59,104 nt of DNA from Octopus sinensis (GCF_006345805.1 NW_021833091.1:1-59104), one strand, 5' to 3'. Positions 1 to 13,595 are shown, numbered from the stretch's first letter. Translations and numbers: made by a program. The notes: a model not told the origin generated them from the sequence alone.

Positions 1-931
1 ATCTGAGAAAAATTTTAAGGTTTAAATTCAAAGGCAACAACCCTTTCGAGTTGTAGATGTGGAAACACTTGCTTCAATTTAAAGAGTTTTTGATGAGTAC
101 AGGAACACGTTATTGGTTTCACGTCATGCATAAAATTACATCTAACGGGTATATAACTTAGATGTTGTTAAATTGCTCTATCTATACAATATTATGCACT
201 TCATGAACACATGCATCACACACTCACACATACAGGCACACACACACTTACACATACACAAACGTCTTTCTCCGTCTTTCTCTACTACATATACGTGTAT
301 AAACTTACACACATCTATAGACGTATATTGAAAATTATATGGATGTAAACAGACCTCCGTCGATTTTGGCGATGATTATCTCACTTTGATCATCTGGATT
401 ATCTACTGATCGAACCAGTATGCATGTCACTAAGTATTCCCAAATTCGTGTGCTTTTACTCCAATCTGCAGAACCACCATGGTTCTGTAGATAAGGCTGG
501 GTTTGTAAATTACTTGTAAAGATTGACGAAATGGATTCTACATAGTTTTCAATTACGTATTTTCATCCAAGACATATCAATCGACTCGTAGCTATGATAA
601 AAAGAGAGAGAGAAAATAAACACTCATCCAGGATAAGATAAAGTGGAATTTGAAACAGATATTTCATGACCTCATGACTGACCGAGAGCCTGGTTTTGAC
701 TCACTGCTGCAAAATGCACTTATTAACCACACGCCCGTATCTGTGGTTTTGTGTGTGTATGTGTTTACACGTGTAGAGTATCAAAAGCTGAAGGGTTACT
801 GCGGAGGAGATAAGGGACTGAGTTGTTGGTGCACGCCTGCCACCAACGCTTTTTTTTGTGTGTGTGAAATGATATATACATATATATATATATTATATAT
901 ATATATATATATATAATATATATATATATAA

Positions 932-1081
932 CGGGAAAGTTTACGAAAATAAACAAAAGACGAAGGCAGGTGGAGTAATGTATTAGTATAGCGCTCAGGG
1001 ATAGAAATAGAAAAAGTATTTTACGTTTCGAGCCTACGCTCTTCGACAGAAAGATACACAGAAGAAAACAAGGAAAAAAAC

Positions 1082-1085
<4 letters not shown>
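932..1085 (-). mobile_element. Short PLE-terminus-like element carrying a hammerhead-like motif, embedded in (TA)n
   Basis: Unique block flanked by TA tracts on both sides. It contains the motif at 1017-1055 and shares a cgctcagg motif with the elements at 47745 and 58653. Confidence 0.5.
1017..1055 (-). ncRNA. Minimal type I hammerhead ribozyme-like motif (variant core)
   Basis: Minus strand reads ttt CTGTCGA a gagc-gtag-gctc GAAAC GTA aaa. Stem II is a perfect 4 bp, stem I is 3 bp, and the core differs from CUGANGA at A6. Confidence 0.5.
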
Positions 1086-1117
<32 letters not shown>

Positions 1118-1223
1118 ATAATTTAGACAAAAAAGTATAATTTGATGAGTGTGCCTAAATGTTGAGTGGAGCACCGGCACAGTTTAGGCTGAAGTGAATT
1201 AAACTGATCGATGCATAATAAAA

Positions 1224-1677
1224 GCCGTGGGAGTGACTGTGTGGTAAGTAGCTTGCTTACGAACCACATGGTTCCGTGTTCAGTCCCACTGCGTGGAAAC
1301 TTGGGCAAGTGTCTTCTACTATAGCCTCGGACCGACCAAAGCCTTTTGAGTAGATTTGGTCGACGGAAACTGAAAGAAGCCCGTCATATATATAAATGAA
1401 TAAATAAATATATATATATATATTTATATATATACATATATATGTATGTGTGTGTATATGTTGGTGTATCTGTGTCTGTCCCCCCCACCAACATCACTTG
1501 ACAACCGATGCCGGTGTGCTTACGTCCCCGTAACTTAGCGGTTTGGCTAAAGAGACCGATAGAAATAAGCACTAGGCTTACGAAGAACAAGTCCTGGAGT
1601 CGATTTGCTCGACTAAAGGCGGTGCTCCAACATGGCCACAGTCAAATGAGTGAAGCAATGAAAAGAATAAAAGAGTA
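1224..1677 (+). mobile_element. tRNA-derived SINE family B (CORE-like), near full length
   Basis: Head gagtgactgtgtggtaagtagc...gttcagtcccactgcgtgg, CORE-like ttgggcaagtgtcttctactatagcctcgg, internal TA/TG tract and tail gtcaaatgagtgaagcaa. Matches the copy at 33607. Confidence 0.85.
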
Positions 1678-1736
1678 CGAAATCTATCTCCTAATAATAA
1701 TTAACACTATGCACACACACACTATGCCACACACCA

Positions 1737-1771
<35 letters not shown>

Positions 1772-1803
1772 ACACACACACACACACCACCACACATATA
1801 TAT

Positions 1804-1837
<34 letters not shown>

Positions 1838-1840
1838 ATA

Positions 1841-2008
1841 CTTTCCTTTACTCGTTTGAATCATTAGACTTCGGCCATACTGGGAATATCTATACAAACG
1901 TTTGTACAGCCCGAGGCTATAGAAGAAGACAAGTGCAAGGTTCCACTCAGTGGGAATGAACCCGGAACCATGAGGCTGCGAAGCAAGCTTCTTAGCATAC
2001 AACCACGC
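1841..2008 (-). mobile_element. SINE family B, internally deleted
   Basis: Reverse-complement matches to the head (gaacccggaaccatg, gcccgaggctataga) joined to the tail (ttactcgtttgaatcattagacttcggccat). Confidence 0.65.
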
Positions 2009-2835
2009 GTATGACTGTATGTAATGCACACCACAACACACACACACACACACACACATACACAACATATATATATAAAGGAAGCCAGAGACAGAGACAG
2101 AGATATGAATATAGATAAATGAAATATGTTATAACATTAATTCTTGACTCATTAAGATATTCTCGGGCTGTATAGAATCAGTCTCAAATACGAAATTGAA
2201 GCTAGCTCCGTATAACAAAGGTAGACAATCTCAGGAATCAAATCAATTAAGGAAAAAGAGTGGTTGATGTTAGAGAAACACAATCGCATATGTTTCTTTC
2301 TCAATAGGCTTCATCAGCGCAACTAAAATCTAAGACATATACACAAAGCGTATGATACGTATATCGCCTAGGCTATTTGCGTATGTATATATACATGTGT
2401 AGATAGAAAGGCAAGCATTTACGTTCCGTTATATTTATATATGTAAATCGGAATGCGAGTGTGTATGAGTGTAAACAAATGTATGTGGATATACAAACAA
2501 TTTTCTTGGGATGTATAAATATGTAGATAAAAATAAAAAAATATATGCTCTTATTTGCATGCCTATGGTTGCATATATATATATGTGTGTGTGTGTGCGT
2601 GTTGTGTGTGTGTGTGTGTGTTTGTGTGTGTTTGTGTTTGTGTGTGTGTGAGTGTTGCTATTTATGTATGTATATACGTTTAAGTGAGTGTGTGTATTTC
2701 TCATCTATGCTCTGTAAACATATATTTATACTCTCCTATTTATGCACAATCACATACAAAAACAATTATTTCTACCCAAAAGTGTGTGAGTGGTCTATAT
2801 GTGTATGCACAATATATGCATACATATATATATAG

Positions 2836-2866
<31 letters not shown>

Positions 2867-2967
2867 GATATATGTATATAATAGGTGTATATATATATGT
2901 ATTGTAGATATATATGTATATATATATTATATATAATGTGTGTATATATATATATATACATATATAT

Positions 2968-2998
<31 letters not shown>

Positions 2999-3704
2999 TA
3001 CATACATACATACATGCATACATACATACATACATAAACAGACAGAGAGGGACTGCCTGCGTAGACACATATCTATACGTATGCATGTGTAGGTATATAC
3101 TAATACTTATACAGATAACGTATCATTTATTTAGTCACGTAAACGAAGATTCATTCTGTTCCCAGACACTGATAGCTCAGGAATGACAATGACAGAATAT
3201 ATGTAAATATATAATTGCTGACAATTACCCAATAAAATAGAAAAGTAAACAAAAAAAAAACAATAAAAAGAAATACACAAATATAACAAATAAATACAAA
3301 TAAAATTTAAAAAAAACTTAAAGTAAAATATACAGTAATACAGCGATACCTCTCGGGGTATTTCGACAATAAAGTAAAATCTTCCGCCATCTTTCCTGTC
3401 GTGTTTGGTTTCCCCGTTTCTGTCTTTTCCTGTCTTTTTATTTCTCTTTTTTTTTTTTTTGTACTGATACATATATAAGGTGTTTTTGTTGTTGTTGTTG
3501 TTGCTGCTTTTGTTGTAGTAGTTGTTGTTGTTGTTACATTGCACGATGTTTGATGTGAATACAGAATGTAACTGTAGATTTAAAATATATTTCGTGTTAT
3601 GGGATCGTTTGTCACTGTATTTATTTATTTATTTCTGGTTACATTTAATACGTAACTTTTCTGTTTACACACACACACACACACACACAAACACACACGC
3701 ATAT

Positions 3705-3911
3705 ACTTTGCATTTTCATTGGACTGCGGCCATGCTACAACATCGCGTTGTTGGTTTTTCATCGAAAATTGACCCCAGCAATCATATTATTTTTTAAAAG
3801 GTTGACCTCCTTCTAACGCTATACTTGCCGACGTAAAAAGATCAACACCGATGCGGTGTTCCAGTATGACCGCAGACAAATGACTGAAGCAAGTAAAAGA
3901 ATATACGTATG

Positions 3912-3953
<42 letters not shown>

Positions 3954-3963
3954 TATATATATA

Positions 3964-4010
<47 letters not shown>

Positions 4011-4074
4011 TATATACATATATATTCTTCTACTTGCTTCAGTCATTTTAACCGCAGTCATGCTGGAGCACTGC
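3705..4074. mobile_element. Three SINE-B tail fragments (minus ~3705-3790, plus 3853-3901, minus 4025-4074)
   Basis: Each matches the family-B tail ccagcatggccgcagtcaaatgactgaaacaagtaaaaga seen at 33960-34000. Confidence 0.65.
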
Positions 4075-5196
4075 ATATATATATTATACTATATATATAT
4101 ATATAAATTATATATATAATATATATACATATATATATATATATATCATATATATATACGAAATTGTTTTACAGTTTCCGTCTATCCGTCCATCATAAGG
4201 CTTTAATCTGCACAGACTCGAATACAAAGAACATACCAGGCTGAACCAAGTGAATGAATAGGATCGAAGCAACCATGCATCCATGCCTCCATTTATAATG
4301 ATAATAATATAAAAATAAGTAGAATAGGCAAAAAGAATGACTGGATAAAGATGAAATAAAAAATATATAATATTATGCATACATATTTGAATGATATATG
4401 AGAAAATCTATTAAAATACAAAATTGATACGTAACCTGAAATTATCGAAAATATGTTGTCTCGAAGAAACCTCGTTTTACGATCTTTTATCTTACGATTT
4501 TCTAGCAAGAATTTTAATTTTATGGCAGCAAAATGAGATATTAGAATTCCTACTTTATGACACACTTTTCAGAAAAATAAAACTGCAAATATTTTAAAAC
4601 TTATGATAATTTTTGCATAATTAATGATATACGATATCTTAACAAAAATTAAATTTTTTTGTACCATTAGAATTTCAAATGCAATTATAGTAGTTTCTAT
4701 TCTTCCATGTAACTGAAATTAAGAAGGTAAATAATTTAAAGTTTAACCCGTGAAATAAGATTTAGAGGTGGGGTGTCCTGTATGACATATCATTGAAATT
4801 TTTTAATGAATTTCTGTTTAAAAAAGCTATGATATTAATGCAGAAATCCTGTTAACTGCTGGATGAAATATTTGATGCTATGAATAACATTAAATAGCAA
4901 CTTTGCAATTACACTTTTGTTACCATGGGTAATAGGCATCGTGGCATGTAGTGGATAAAGGAATCCCAGACACTCGCATTGAGAGAGAGTTGAGAGACCT
5001 GAAAAATATGCCGACAGAAGATAATAACGATGAGGAATATGAAGAGAAAGAAAGTAGTATATATACCCTCAATACCATAATTATAATTAGCATTTTATGA
5101 AATTTCTTGGAGCTTATACCAAATGAGAAAACAAATATTAATTTACAAAAGAAAACTATTTGCTCTAAAATGCTTTTAATGTTTATCTAAATATGA

Positions 5197-5395
5197 GGCA
5201 GCAAACTGGCAGGCTCGTTAGCATGCCAGGCAAACATGCTTAGCGGTATTTCCTCCGTCTTCATGTTCTAAGTTCAACTGCCGTGGAGATTGACTTAGTC
5301 ATCTGGGTCGATAAAAAAGTACCAGTTGAGAACTGGCGTTGATTTAATTGAATTAGATATCCGAAATTGCTGGCCTCGAGTCAAAAATTGAAACC
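5197..5395 (+). mobile_element. SINE family A, degenerate
   Basis: ggcagcaaactggcagg...gttagc head, gttctaagttcaa B-box region, gggtcgataaaaaagtaccagttg body. Confidence 0.65.
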
Positions 5396-5622
5396 AGTAT
5401 TAATCTTTAAAAAAAATTAAATTAAAAACGTTTCTCATTTGTATACCTCCTCTCATGATCCCTTTCTTTCTTTTCATCTTCCTCATACTTTCCTTCTCTC
5501 TTAACTCTCTCATTGTGAATGTCTAGCATGCGTTTATTTACTGCATACCGCGAAGCCTTCTGCAGGCAATCATTCTACAGCGCTTACATCAACATTTCCA
5601 GTATGCACTCTCTCTCTCTCTC

Positions 5623-5654
<32 letters not shown>

Positions 5655-6315
5655 GCTCTCTCTCTCTCCCTCTCTGTAAGGTATATGCAATAATTGAAAA
5701 ACTCACCCAACCAATAAATCAACCAATAAAATTTATATCGGTTATTATTATATATAAAATTAAATTAAAGATATTCGAATAAGCATTTTTGAAATTTTCT
5801 TAGGAATATACATACTTTACAATATTTATAACAAATGTAACAAGAAATATTAAATGATATTTGAGCGTAATATTATTAGTGGAATTACAGCATCATATCA
5901 TTATGAAAATTCTTTTGTTTATATTTCTTAAATTATGCACATACACACACATACATACACACACACACGCGCACACGCACACACACACACACACATATAT
6001 ATATACAGATATATATATATACATATATATATACATACACACACAAACATACATATATATATATATATATATTTGTTGTTGCTATATTTGTCAACACATT
6101 TTCCGTACCATGATGTGTTTTCTGAATCAAATTTTAAATATTAAATTTCAAGTTTTTTATTCACCTGTAAAAGTTGTTTTTCTTTTCATGATGTAATTGG
6201 TTTATTCATCAAAAGTGAATGCGTCTGAAACAGCAGAAAAGAGACTTAAGTTAGTTGTTTTCTTTGTTTATGCATACAAAACATAATTACATACATATAT
6301 GTATGCATGTGTGTG

Positions 6316-6363
<48 letters not shown>

Positions 6364-6364
<1 letters not shown>

Positions 6365-6646
6365 GATACGTAGCGTAGTGGTTAGGTTAATCGGCTCATG
6401 ATAGTAACGCCGTAAGTTCAATTCCTGGTGGTGCGTCGTGTCTTTGAGCAAGAAGCCTCATTTCACGTTGCTCCAGTCTACTCAGCTGGCAAAAATGAGA
6501 ATTAACTGAATTTCAAAGAGCCAGGCTTAACACATTCTGTGTCATACTGAATCTCCCTGAAAACTAAGTTAAGGGCACACGTGTCTGTAGTGCACATTAA
6601 TTTTACGAGCAAGCTGTTCCGCTGATAGGAACTCTCGTCGTTACAA
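6364..6646 (+). mobile_element. tRNA-derived SINE (family C/D-type head, alternative tail)
   Basis: tagcgtagtggttagg A box, gttcaattcc B box, then gtctttgagcaag...tttcacgttgctccagt shared with the copy at 11816-12158. Confidence 0.65.
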
Positions 6647-6669
6647 CCTATATGGTATACGGACTATAT

Positions 6670-6951
6670 GGTAAAGACATGAATGACCCAATGATTGCAC
6701 CTAGAAAGCTACCCCTGAAGCACAAGTCCGATCCAGGTTGTTTATGGTAGACCGGCAATCGTTCATACATACCACCCTCCCCTCTCCACGCCACAAATGT
6801 TATCCAAGGGAAAGGCAAAGGCCGATACAGCTTGGCGTCGCAGTTCAATTTTACAGATGAACGAACTGGTGCAACGTGAAATAAAGTGTCTTGATCGGGA
6901 ATCGAACTCACTCACTCATGATCGTGAGCTCGACGCTCTAACCACTGAGTC
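6670..6951 (-). mobile_element. SINE family C
   Basis: Collinear with 11816-12158 (attgcacctagaaag, ccctctccacgccac, gcaacgtgaaataaagtgt, gctcgacgctctaaccactgag). Confidence 0.8.
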
Positions 6952-7129
6952 ATTAAAGTTATCTTATTGACGAAATTTCGCACAACCTTTTATATCAGTT
7001 TTCAACGGCTTATTCTATTTGTACCTGTTGTTGGTGCTCGTAATTTCTATAAATATTACTACGATCGAAATAGAAAACAATAGGTACCCGTTCTTAATTA
7101 ACTTTTTACTCTTTCAGACCAACAAGTGG

Positions 7130-7861
7130 TTTGTTTGATCTAAGAAATAAATTGAAACCTCACAGCATATACTGCTTTTGGCATTCCAAAATAATTTTCT
7201 CAAGTTATCACTTCACAAACTTTAGAAGTTAGAAGGTCCCTATAAGTTCTTCTTTGGACTGTGGTCAGTTTGCACCCGAATGAATCATAAACGCGTCACG
7301 CAAATAGCCATGAACACTAGACGAACCAATTGACCAGATTTGCTGACTTTTTCCTTGGCACGCAGTTAGTGATGAATGATTGATTGACCAAATCCAAGCT
7401 TCTCTGCTAGTTCCTCAACTGTTACAGTGGGATTTTATTCCACCATGGTTTGCAGGACGTCCTCGCTGTGCTCTACACATATACATATTCCAGGATGAGG
7501 CTCGTCTTCTAGGCTGTAGTTTCCGGCTCGGAATTTCTGCAACTACTGTCGACTCTGACTTCCGCTTATTGTCCTTTCCCCAAATACTGCATTAATATTC
7601 TTCTCAATTTCCGTTGCGATGTTGCCATTTTTGACTCATAAAGCAAACTATGCCAAATATGGTTCTTAGTCACTTCCATTATAGCTTTGAAAAGATAACT
7701 GTTAAAATTGAACTGCACTCTTCAAAACTTACACTAAGAATAAGTGCAAGTTAAAATTACTACCTGCTTTTATGGCAAGTTGATGCTGGTAGTTTATCAC
7801 GGCCCCCGGCGATTTTTGTTCATGCAATTGAGAAAACCGCATTATCTATGTGATGACCCAA
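7130..7861 (-). mobile_element. Mariner transposon fossil, 5' half with TIR
   Basis: TIR ttgggtcatcacatagataatgcgg next to TA at 7862. From ATG 7679 the minus strand reads MEVTKNHIWHSLLYE, then after a frameshift NINAVFGERTIS...QKFRAGNYSLEDEPHPG...VLQTMVE*NPTVTVEELAEKLGFG, a mariner N-terminal HTH region with stops. Confidence 0.85.
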
Positions 7862-9440
7862 TATATCATATTTCATGTAACAATATATATATAGATATAT
7901 ATAATATATATATATATACTATTATATATATATATATAGATATATATATGTATTATATATTTAGTATTATATATGTATATATATATGTATATATATGTAT
8001 GTATATATATATGTATAAATATATATATATATGTATATATATATGTATATATATATATTATATATATACATGTGTAATATATATATATATAGTATGTATA
8101 TATCTATTATATATATTATATATATCTAATATATATATTATATAATATAAGTACTACAAATGTTTACACGCACATCATATGTGAAAATATATGGTGTGTA
8201 TGTCTGTTGTTACACATGAGTATACATATGGGCGTGTAGATGTGAGTGTAATTCTATAGTTCGTTGGTAAGGGTTTAAATAGAAAATATTAGTATTGTAA
8301 TAACATTGGATTTATTACGTAGGGATGCTATCTGTTTATGCTATAAGGAGTTATCTTGATTATATATCTTAGAATATTAGCGTATTTGGACTTCTTACAA
8401 TTAATCTCTTATAATTTAATTATTATAAACCGATGTTAACTTAGTATATATATATATATTTATGTCAAACGGAAATGGGTATTCTATACTTTATAATTTA
8501 GCGAATGTTTGAATATAGCATATAGCGGTTAAGTTTTGCGGTCTTTTTAGTTATAAAATACTATGTTTACGAAAAATACGGTGTCATATGAATTATGTAC
8601 CTTATGAAAAATTACATTCTCTATCTGGATATAATTATATGTATGTTTGCATTTACTGTTTTATGGAAATATGTGAGTGGATCTACTTAGTTAATACCAC
8701 GGCCCTGGTGTCGTTTTGGTGGGGCTTGATGTCTGCATGCATGTATATGCAATCGGTTGGGTTCCTCTGTTTTCCATGTGTATAGTTGCGATTATACCTC
8801 TTATATTATTTATTTATTTATGATTTGGCTGTGTATGTGGCTATGTATGTGTGTATGTGTGTGGGTGTATGTGTGTGTGTATACATATAACTATGTATGT
8901 ATGTGCGCATGATCTGTGGATGTGCGTGTGCGTATGTATGCTTCTTGGCTAACTAACCGTAAAATTTCCATTGTGATTCAAATTTAAAACTATAAGCCAA
9001 TCGAATCTATCTAGGAAAGTCAATATCAAGCGGACAGATGAATCGACTTATTGAGTATATGTGGATGTCCGCTTGCTTTACATGGACAATCATGGTTGTT
9101 ATTATTAATTATTATCTTATTATTATTATATTATTAATATTATATTAATTTTATTGACTTTTTGTGTGGTTATACATTTTAATGAACTGGACTGTTAAAT
9201 ATATATGTCTGCTTTAAATTTAAATGTGAGTGTACATGTATTTCCTTGATGTTGGTTATAGAACTATGAGTTCAATATGGAAAATAATTGTGTTTGTTAA
9301 TGTATACTGATATATATTGTTTATATTGTATTAATGTGTATATATATATATGTCTGGAATTATGAGTGTCTATGCACACATTTTTATTTTATTTTATTTT
9401 TATATTTATATGTAAATTTTTTTCATACTTACATTAAATT

Positions 9441-9548
9441 CTCTGAAGAGGCCGCGAGACATTCTTGTTAATGTCTCATTATACCTGCTTTATATGGATA
9501 ATAGGTTAAATGGTACATACCTGTCTTCACGGCCGAAACAGCTGTCAG
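9441..9548 (+). ncRNA. Type I hammerhead ribozyme-like motif with an extended stem II
   Basis: CTGAAGA 9443-9449, ggccg 9450-9454 pairing with cggcc 9530-9534, GAAAC 9535-9539, agct loop, GTC 9544-9546. Stem I is only 2 bp (ct/ag). Confidence 0.6.
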
Positions 9549-9715
9549 CTACGATGTAATTGTATTTTCTCTTTCTATTTCTATGTCCGTTATATTTGTA
9601 ATATATTATGTATAATGTCATTGCTTTTTGTGTAATGTTTAATAAAGTGTTGATTAGGTATTATCTGATGGTTGATGATTGATTTAGGTATGTTTCTCCA
9701 TTTTCCCTCATTTTG

Positions 9716-9751
<36 letters not shown>

Positions 9752-9766
9752 ATATATATAATATCA

Positions 9767-10000
9767 GGCGGTGAGCTGGCAGAAACGTTAGCACGCCGAG
9801 CGAAATACGTAGCCGTATTTCGTCTGCCTTTACGTTCTGAGTTCAAATTCCTCCGAGGTCGACTTTGCTTTTCATCCTTTCGGGGTCGATAAATAAATAC
9901 CAGTTACGCTCTGGGGTCGATGTAATCGACTTAATCCCTTTGTCTGCCCTTGTTTGTCCCCTCTATGTTTAGCCCCTTGTGGGCAGTAAAGAAAGAAATA
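9767..10000 (+). mobile_element. SINE family A monomer
   Basis: ggcggtgagctggcagaaacgttagc (A-box-like), gagttcaaattcc (B box), tail ccccttgtgggcagtaaagaaa. Confidence 0.9.
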
Positions 10001-10775
10001 AATATACATGTATATATATATATACACACACACACATATATATATACATATATATATACATTTATATATGTGTTTATGTATATGTATATATGTGTATATA
10101 TTTATATGGATGTATATATATTTGTATGCACTCATATATGCATATATATATGTATATATGTATGTATGTATATAATTATATATATATATATATACATACC
10201 TAATACATATACAAATGCATATGTAATATATATAATTGCTTTAATAATTCTTGTAATAACTATGTCTGTAACTTAACCTCCAACTTGGTTAGGAGCTATT
10301 CCTCCCCTCTCTCTTGATCTCGCCGTCACTATGTGCATGCCTATAAATTTGTGCTTGTGCATTGAAACATGCATATGCATTTTTTAACACTATCTTCAAA
10401 GAAATTTAGTCATCATTTTGGAAATTAAAAGAAATAAAAAAAATCATTTAAAATAAGTTGGAAACAAAATGTAACATAATGTTTAATCTCCGCTATTTAA
10501 CTCTATCTAAAGAACATTTACGAATATACATTTGTTTTTCTCCTTTAAATTCTAACCTTTTAGTTTCATTATATTAGAAATAGCATTTATCTATCTATCC
10601 CAAAATATATATGTGTGTGTATATATATATATATATATAATATATATATATATATATAATATATATATATATATATTATATATATATATTATATATAATA
10701 TATTATTATATATATATATATTATATTATATATGTATATATATATATAAATATATATATATCATATATTATATAT

Positions 10776-10821
<46 letters not shown>

Positions 10822-10910
10822 AATATATATATATATATTATATATATATATATAAATATATATATATATATTATGGTATATATATATATATATATAATAT
10901 ATATATATAT

Positions 10911-11017
10911 ATGTATATATACGTATTTGTGTGTGCATATATATATATATATGTATATATATACGTATTTGTGTGTGCATATATAGTATATATATATATA
11001 TATATATATATAATAAA

Positions 11018-11050
<33 letters not shown>

Positions 11051-11103
11051 CGTATTTGTGTGTGCATATATATATATATGTATATATATACGTATTTGTG
11101 TGT

Positions 11104-11110
<7 letters not shown>
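10911..11110. repeat. Minisatellite: 4 copies of tatacgtatttgtgtgtg(g)cat within (TA)n
   Basis: Copies at about 10918, 10960, 11047 and 11087. Confidence 0.85.
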
Positions 11111-11145
<35 letters not shown>

Positions 11146-11611
11146 ATCTATATTTGTCTGCCTTTATGTATGCTAGTCTTCATCTCTGTCAATCTGTATA
11201 TTACTTTTTATACAACGATCTGTTAACCTACAAAAGTGTTCACACGAGGCCAATTGTATGTTGCTCTAAAAAGAGTTAAGAGTCTATCAGACATTAGATT
11301 TTTGTTGGTCACGGTCGATTTACTATGCGAAGTGGATTTTTCAGGAATTTCATTTATGCAAATGTCGAATTCACTGAAAATATTGCAAAACACATTGAAT
11401 GAATCTGTTAATTTTATGGTCGGAATTTGTTTTAATGTTCTATACAGAAATAAAAACATTAAAAAGCTAATACTTATGTTGACTTCTAAAACTTTTTCTT
11501 TTATTTCCGTAGTGTTTTAATTCATTTTAGTTAATTTTTGTTGGGAATACAAAAACGGCTCATGAATTATCTATTTATTTATCGATCACTCAATAAACCA
11601 ATCATTGAATC

Positions 11612-11626
11612 TATCCATCCATCCAT

Positions 11627-11696
<70 letters not shown>

Positions 11697-11735
11697 GTCT
11701 GTCTGTCTGTCTGTCTGTCGGTCTGCTTGTCTGTC
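11612..11735. repeat. (TATC)n-(TGTC)n compound microsatellite
   Basis: Direct reading of the sequence. Confidence 0.95.
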
Positions 11736-11815
11736 TGTCTCTCTACCTATTTATCTCTCTCTCTCCATCTCTCTCTTTCTACACACACACACATTTATAT
11801 ATATATATATATATA

Positions 11816-12158
11816 AAGGGTAAAGACCCCATTCGGTCATGAATGACCATGGGATTGCACCTAGAAAGTTACCCTCCTAGACACAAGTCCGGGCAAGGTT
11901 GTTTATGGAAGACCAGCAGTCGCCCATGCATACCGGCCTCCCCTCTCCACGCCACCAGTGTTATCCAAGGGAAAGACAAAGGTCGATACAGCTTGGAACC
12001 AGTGACGTCGCAACTCATTACTACAGCTGAGTGAACTGGAGCAACGTGAAATAAAGTGTTTTGCTCAAGAACACAACACGCAGCCCGGTCCGGGATTCGA
12101 GCTCACAACCTCACGATCGTAAGCTCGACGCTCTAACCACTGAGCCATGCGCCTTCAC
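11816..12158 (-). mobile_element. tRNA-derived SINE family C, near full length
   Basis: Minus strand starts gtgaaggcgcatggctcagtggttagagcgtcgagcttacgatcgtgaggttgtgagctcgaatcccgg (tRNA-like A and B boxes), followed by a ~270 bp body. Confidence 0.9.
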
Positions 12159-12817
12159 ATATATATATATATAATATATATATATGCGGAGGCATACGTA
12201 TGTACGTATGTATGGGTGTGTTAATATTACATTGGTATTTGGGAATATATTTTCGTACATACTTTTGTGCAAGTTGTTACGTTCTTAATAGGGATTGATG
12301 GATTTGTGATTCCTCTTGTTGCACAGTTTAAAGCCATATAGATATCAAATTAATTACTGATTCCTACAACAGACCATGTAATTAATTTGTAGTCCCAAAC
12401 AACAATGTCTGGTCGGATGTACTTTAATATATTTCCAGTATTTCTAAATACCATTACAATTCTTTGATGTGTCTATCAAGATGAGTTCCACTTTATTGAT
12501 AATACAGTGGTGTGTGTGTGGAGTGTACGTGTGGTGTGGGTAGGAGGCGCTTTAGTCACTCGTCTTGTACGACATTTTCGGGCGGCAGCTTGATGTGTCA
12601 TATTTATATATAAATAGATATTTCTCTATTTAAAGGGAGAAAGTGAAAGCTTGTCTATATGTGTGTTTGTGTGAGTGTTAGCATATGTGTGTGTGTATGT
12701 GTGTGTATGTATATATCTGTTGGTATATGTATCTATCTATCTATCTCTCTCTCTATATATATATACATGTTTGTGTGCATATTTATATATATGCATGTAT
12801 ATACAAGCACACACACA

Positions 12818-12861
<44 letters not shown>

Positions 12862-12894
12862 CAGAGATATAGATAAATAGATAAACGGACAGAC

Positions 12895-13085
<191 letters not shown>

Positions 13086-13595
13086 CATACAGACAGACAT
13101 ACAGATGGATAGAGGGAGATATAGACAGATTGATTGATTGATTGATTGATAGATTGACGTACACTGTGGCAATAAAGAATTATTTCATTTCAAATAAATG
13201 ACGAGTAAGTGTACGTTGTTGGGTGAAGTACAATTCTCAAGTGACACACATTGCTATGGTGTTGAACGAGCAATGCGATACAGTGCAAAGAGTCAGGTAG
13301 AGAGAATGTATAGAAATGAATGGCCGAGACAGAAAAGGAATAAAAATTAATGTGTGAACAGGGAATCACAGGCATAATTGTTGTAACAGGAGACAAGGAG
13401 ACCAAAAAGCAAAGGGGAGAGAGTGAGCAACAGAGAGAGGGAGAGAGCGCGAAGGAGAGAGACAGTGAGAGTTATGGAGAGAGAGACGAAGAAAACTCAT
13501 CAAGCAAATAGTCTAAAATCTTAAAAACATTTTGACATGTTAACGAGCAGTGACAACATTTAAAACATTTAACAAACAACAAAAATCATAGAATG

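Noticed and set aside
337-562. About 75-codon stop-free frame on the minus strand (KYVIENYVESISS...IDGGLFTSI)
   Set aside because: No start codon, no recognisable domain and weak splice sites. A frame of this length is expected occasionally by chance.
8280-8640. Faint resemblance to a PLE GIY-YIG C-terminus (ELCT-YEKLHSL near 8590-8625)
   Set aside because: A single short motif needing an indel in AT-rich sequence is too weak to annotate.
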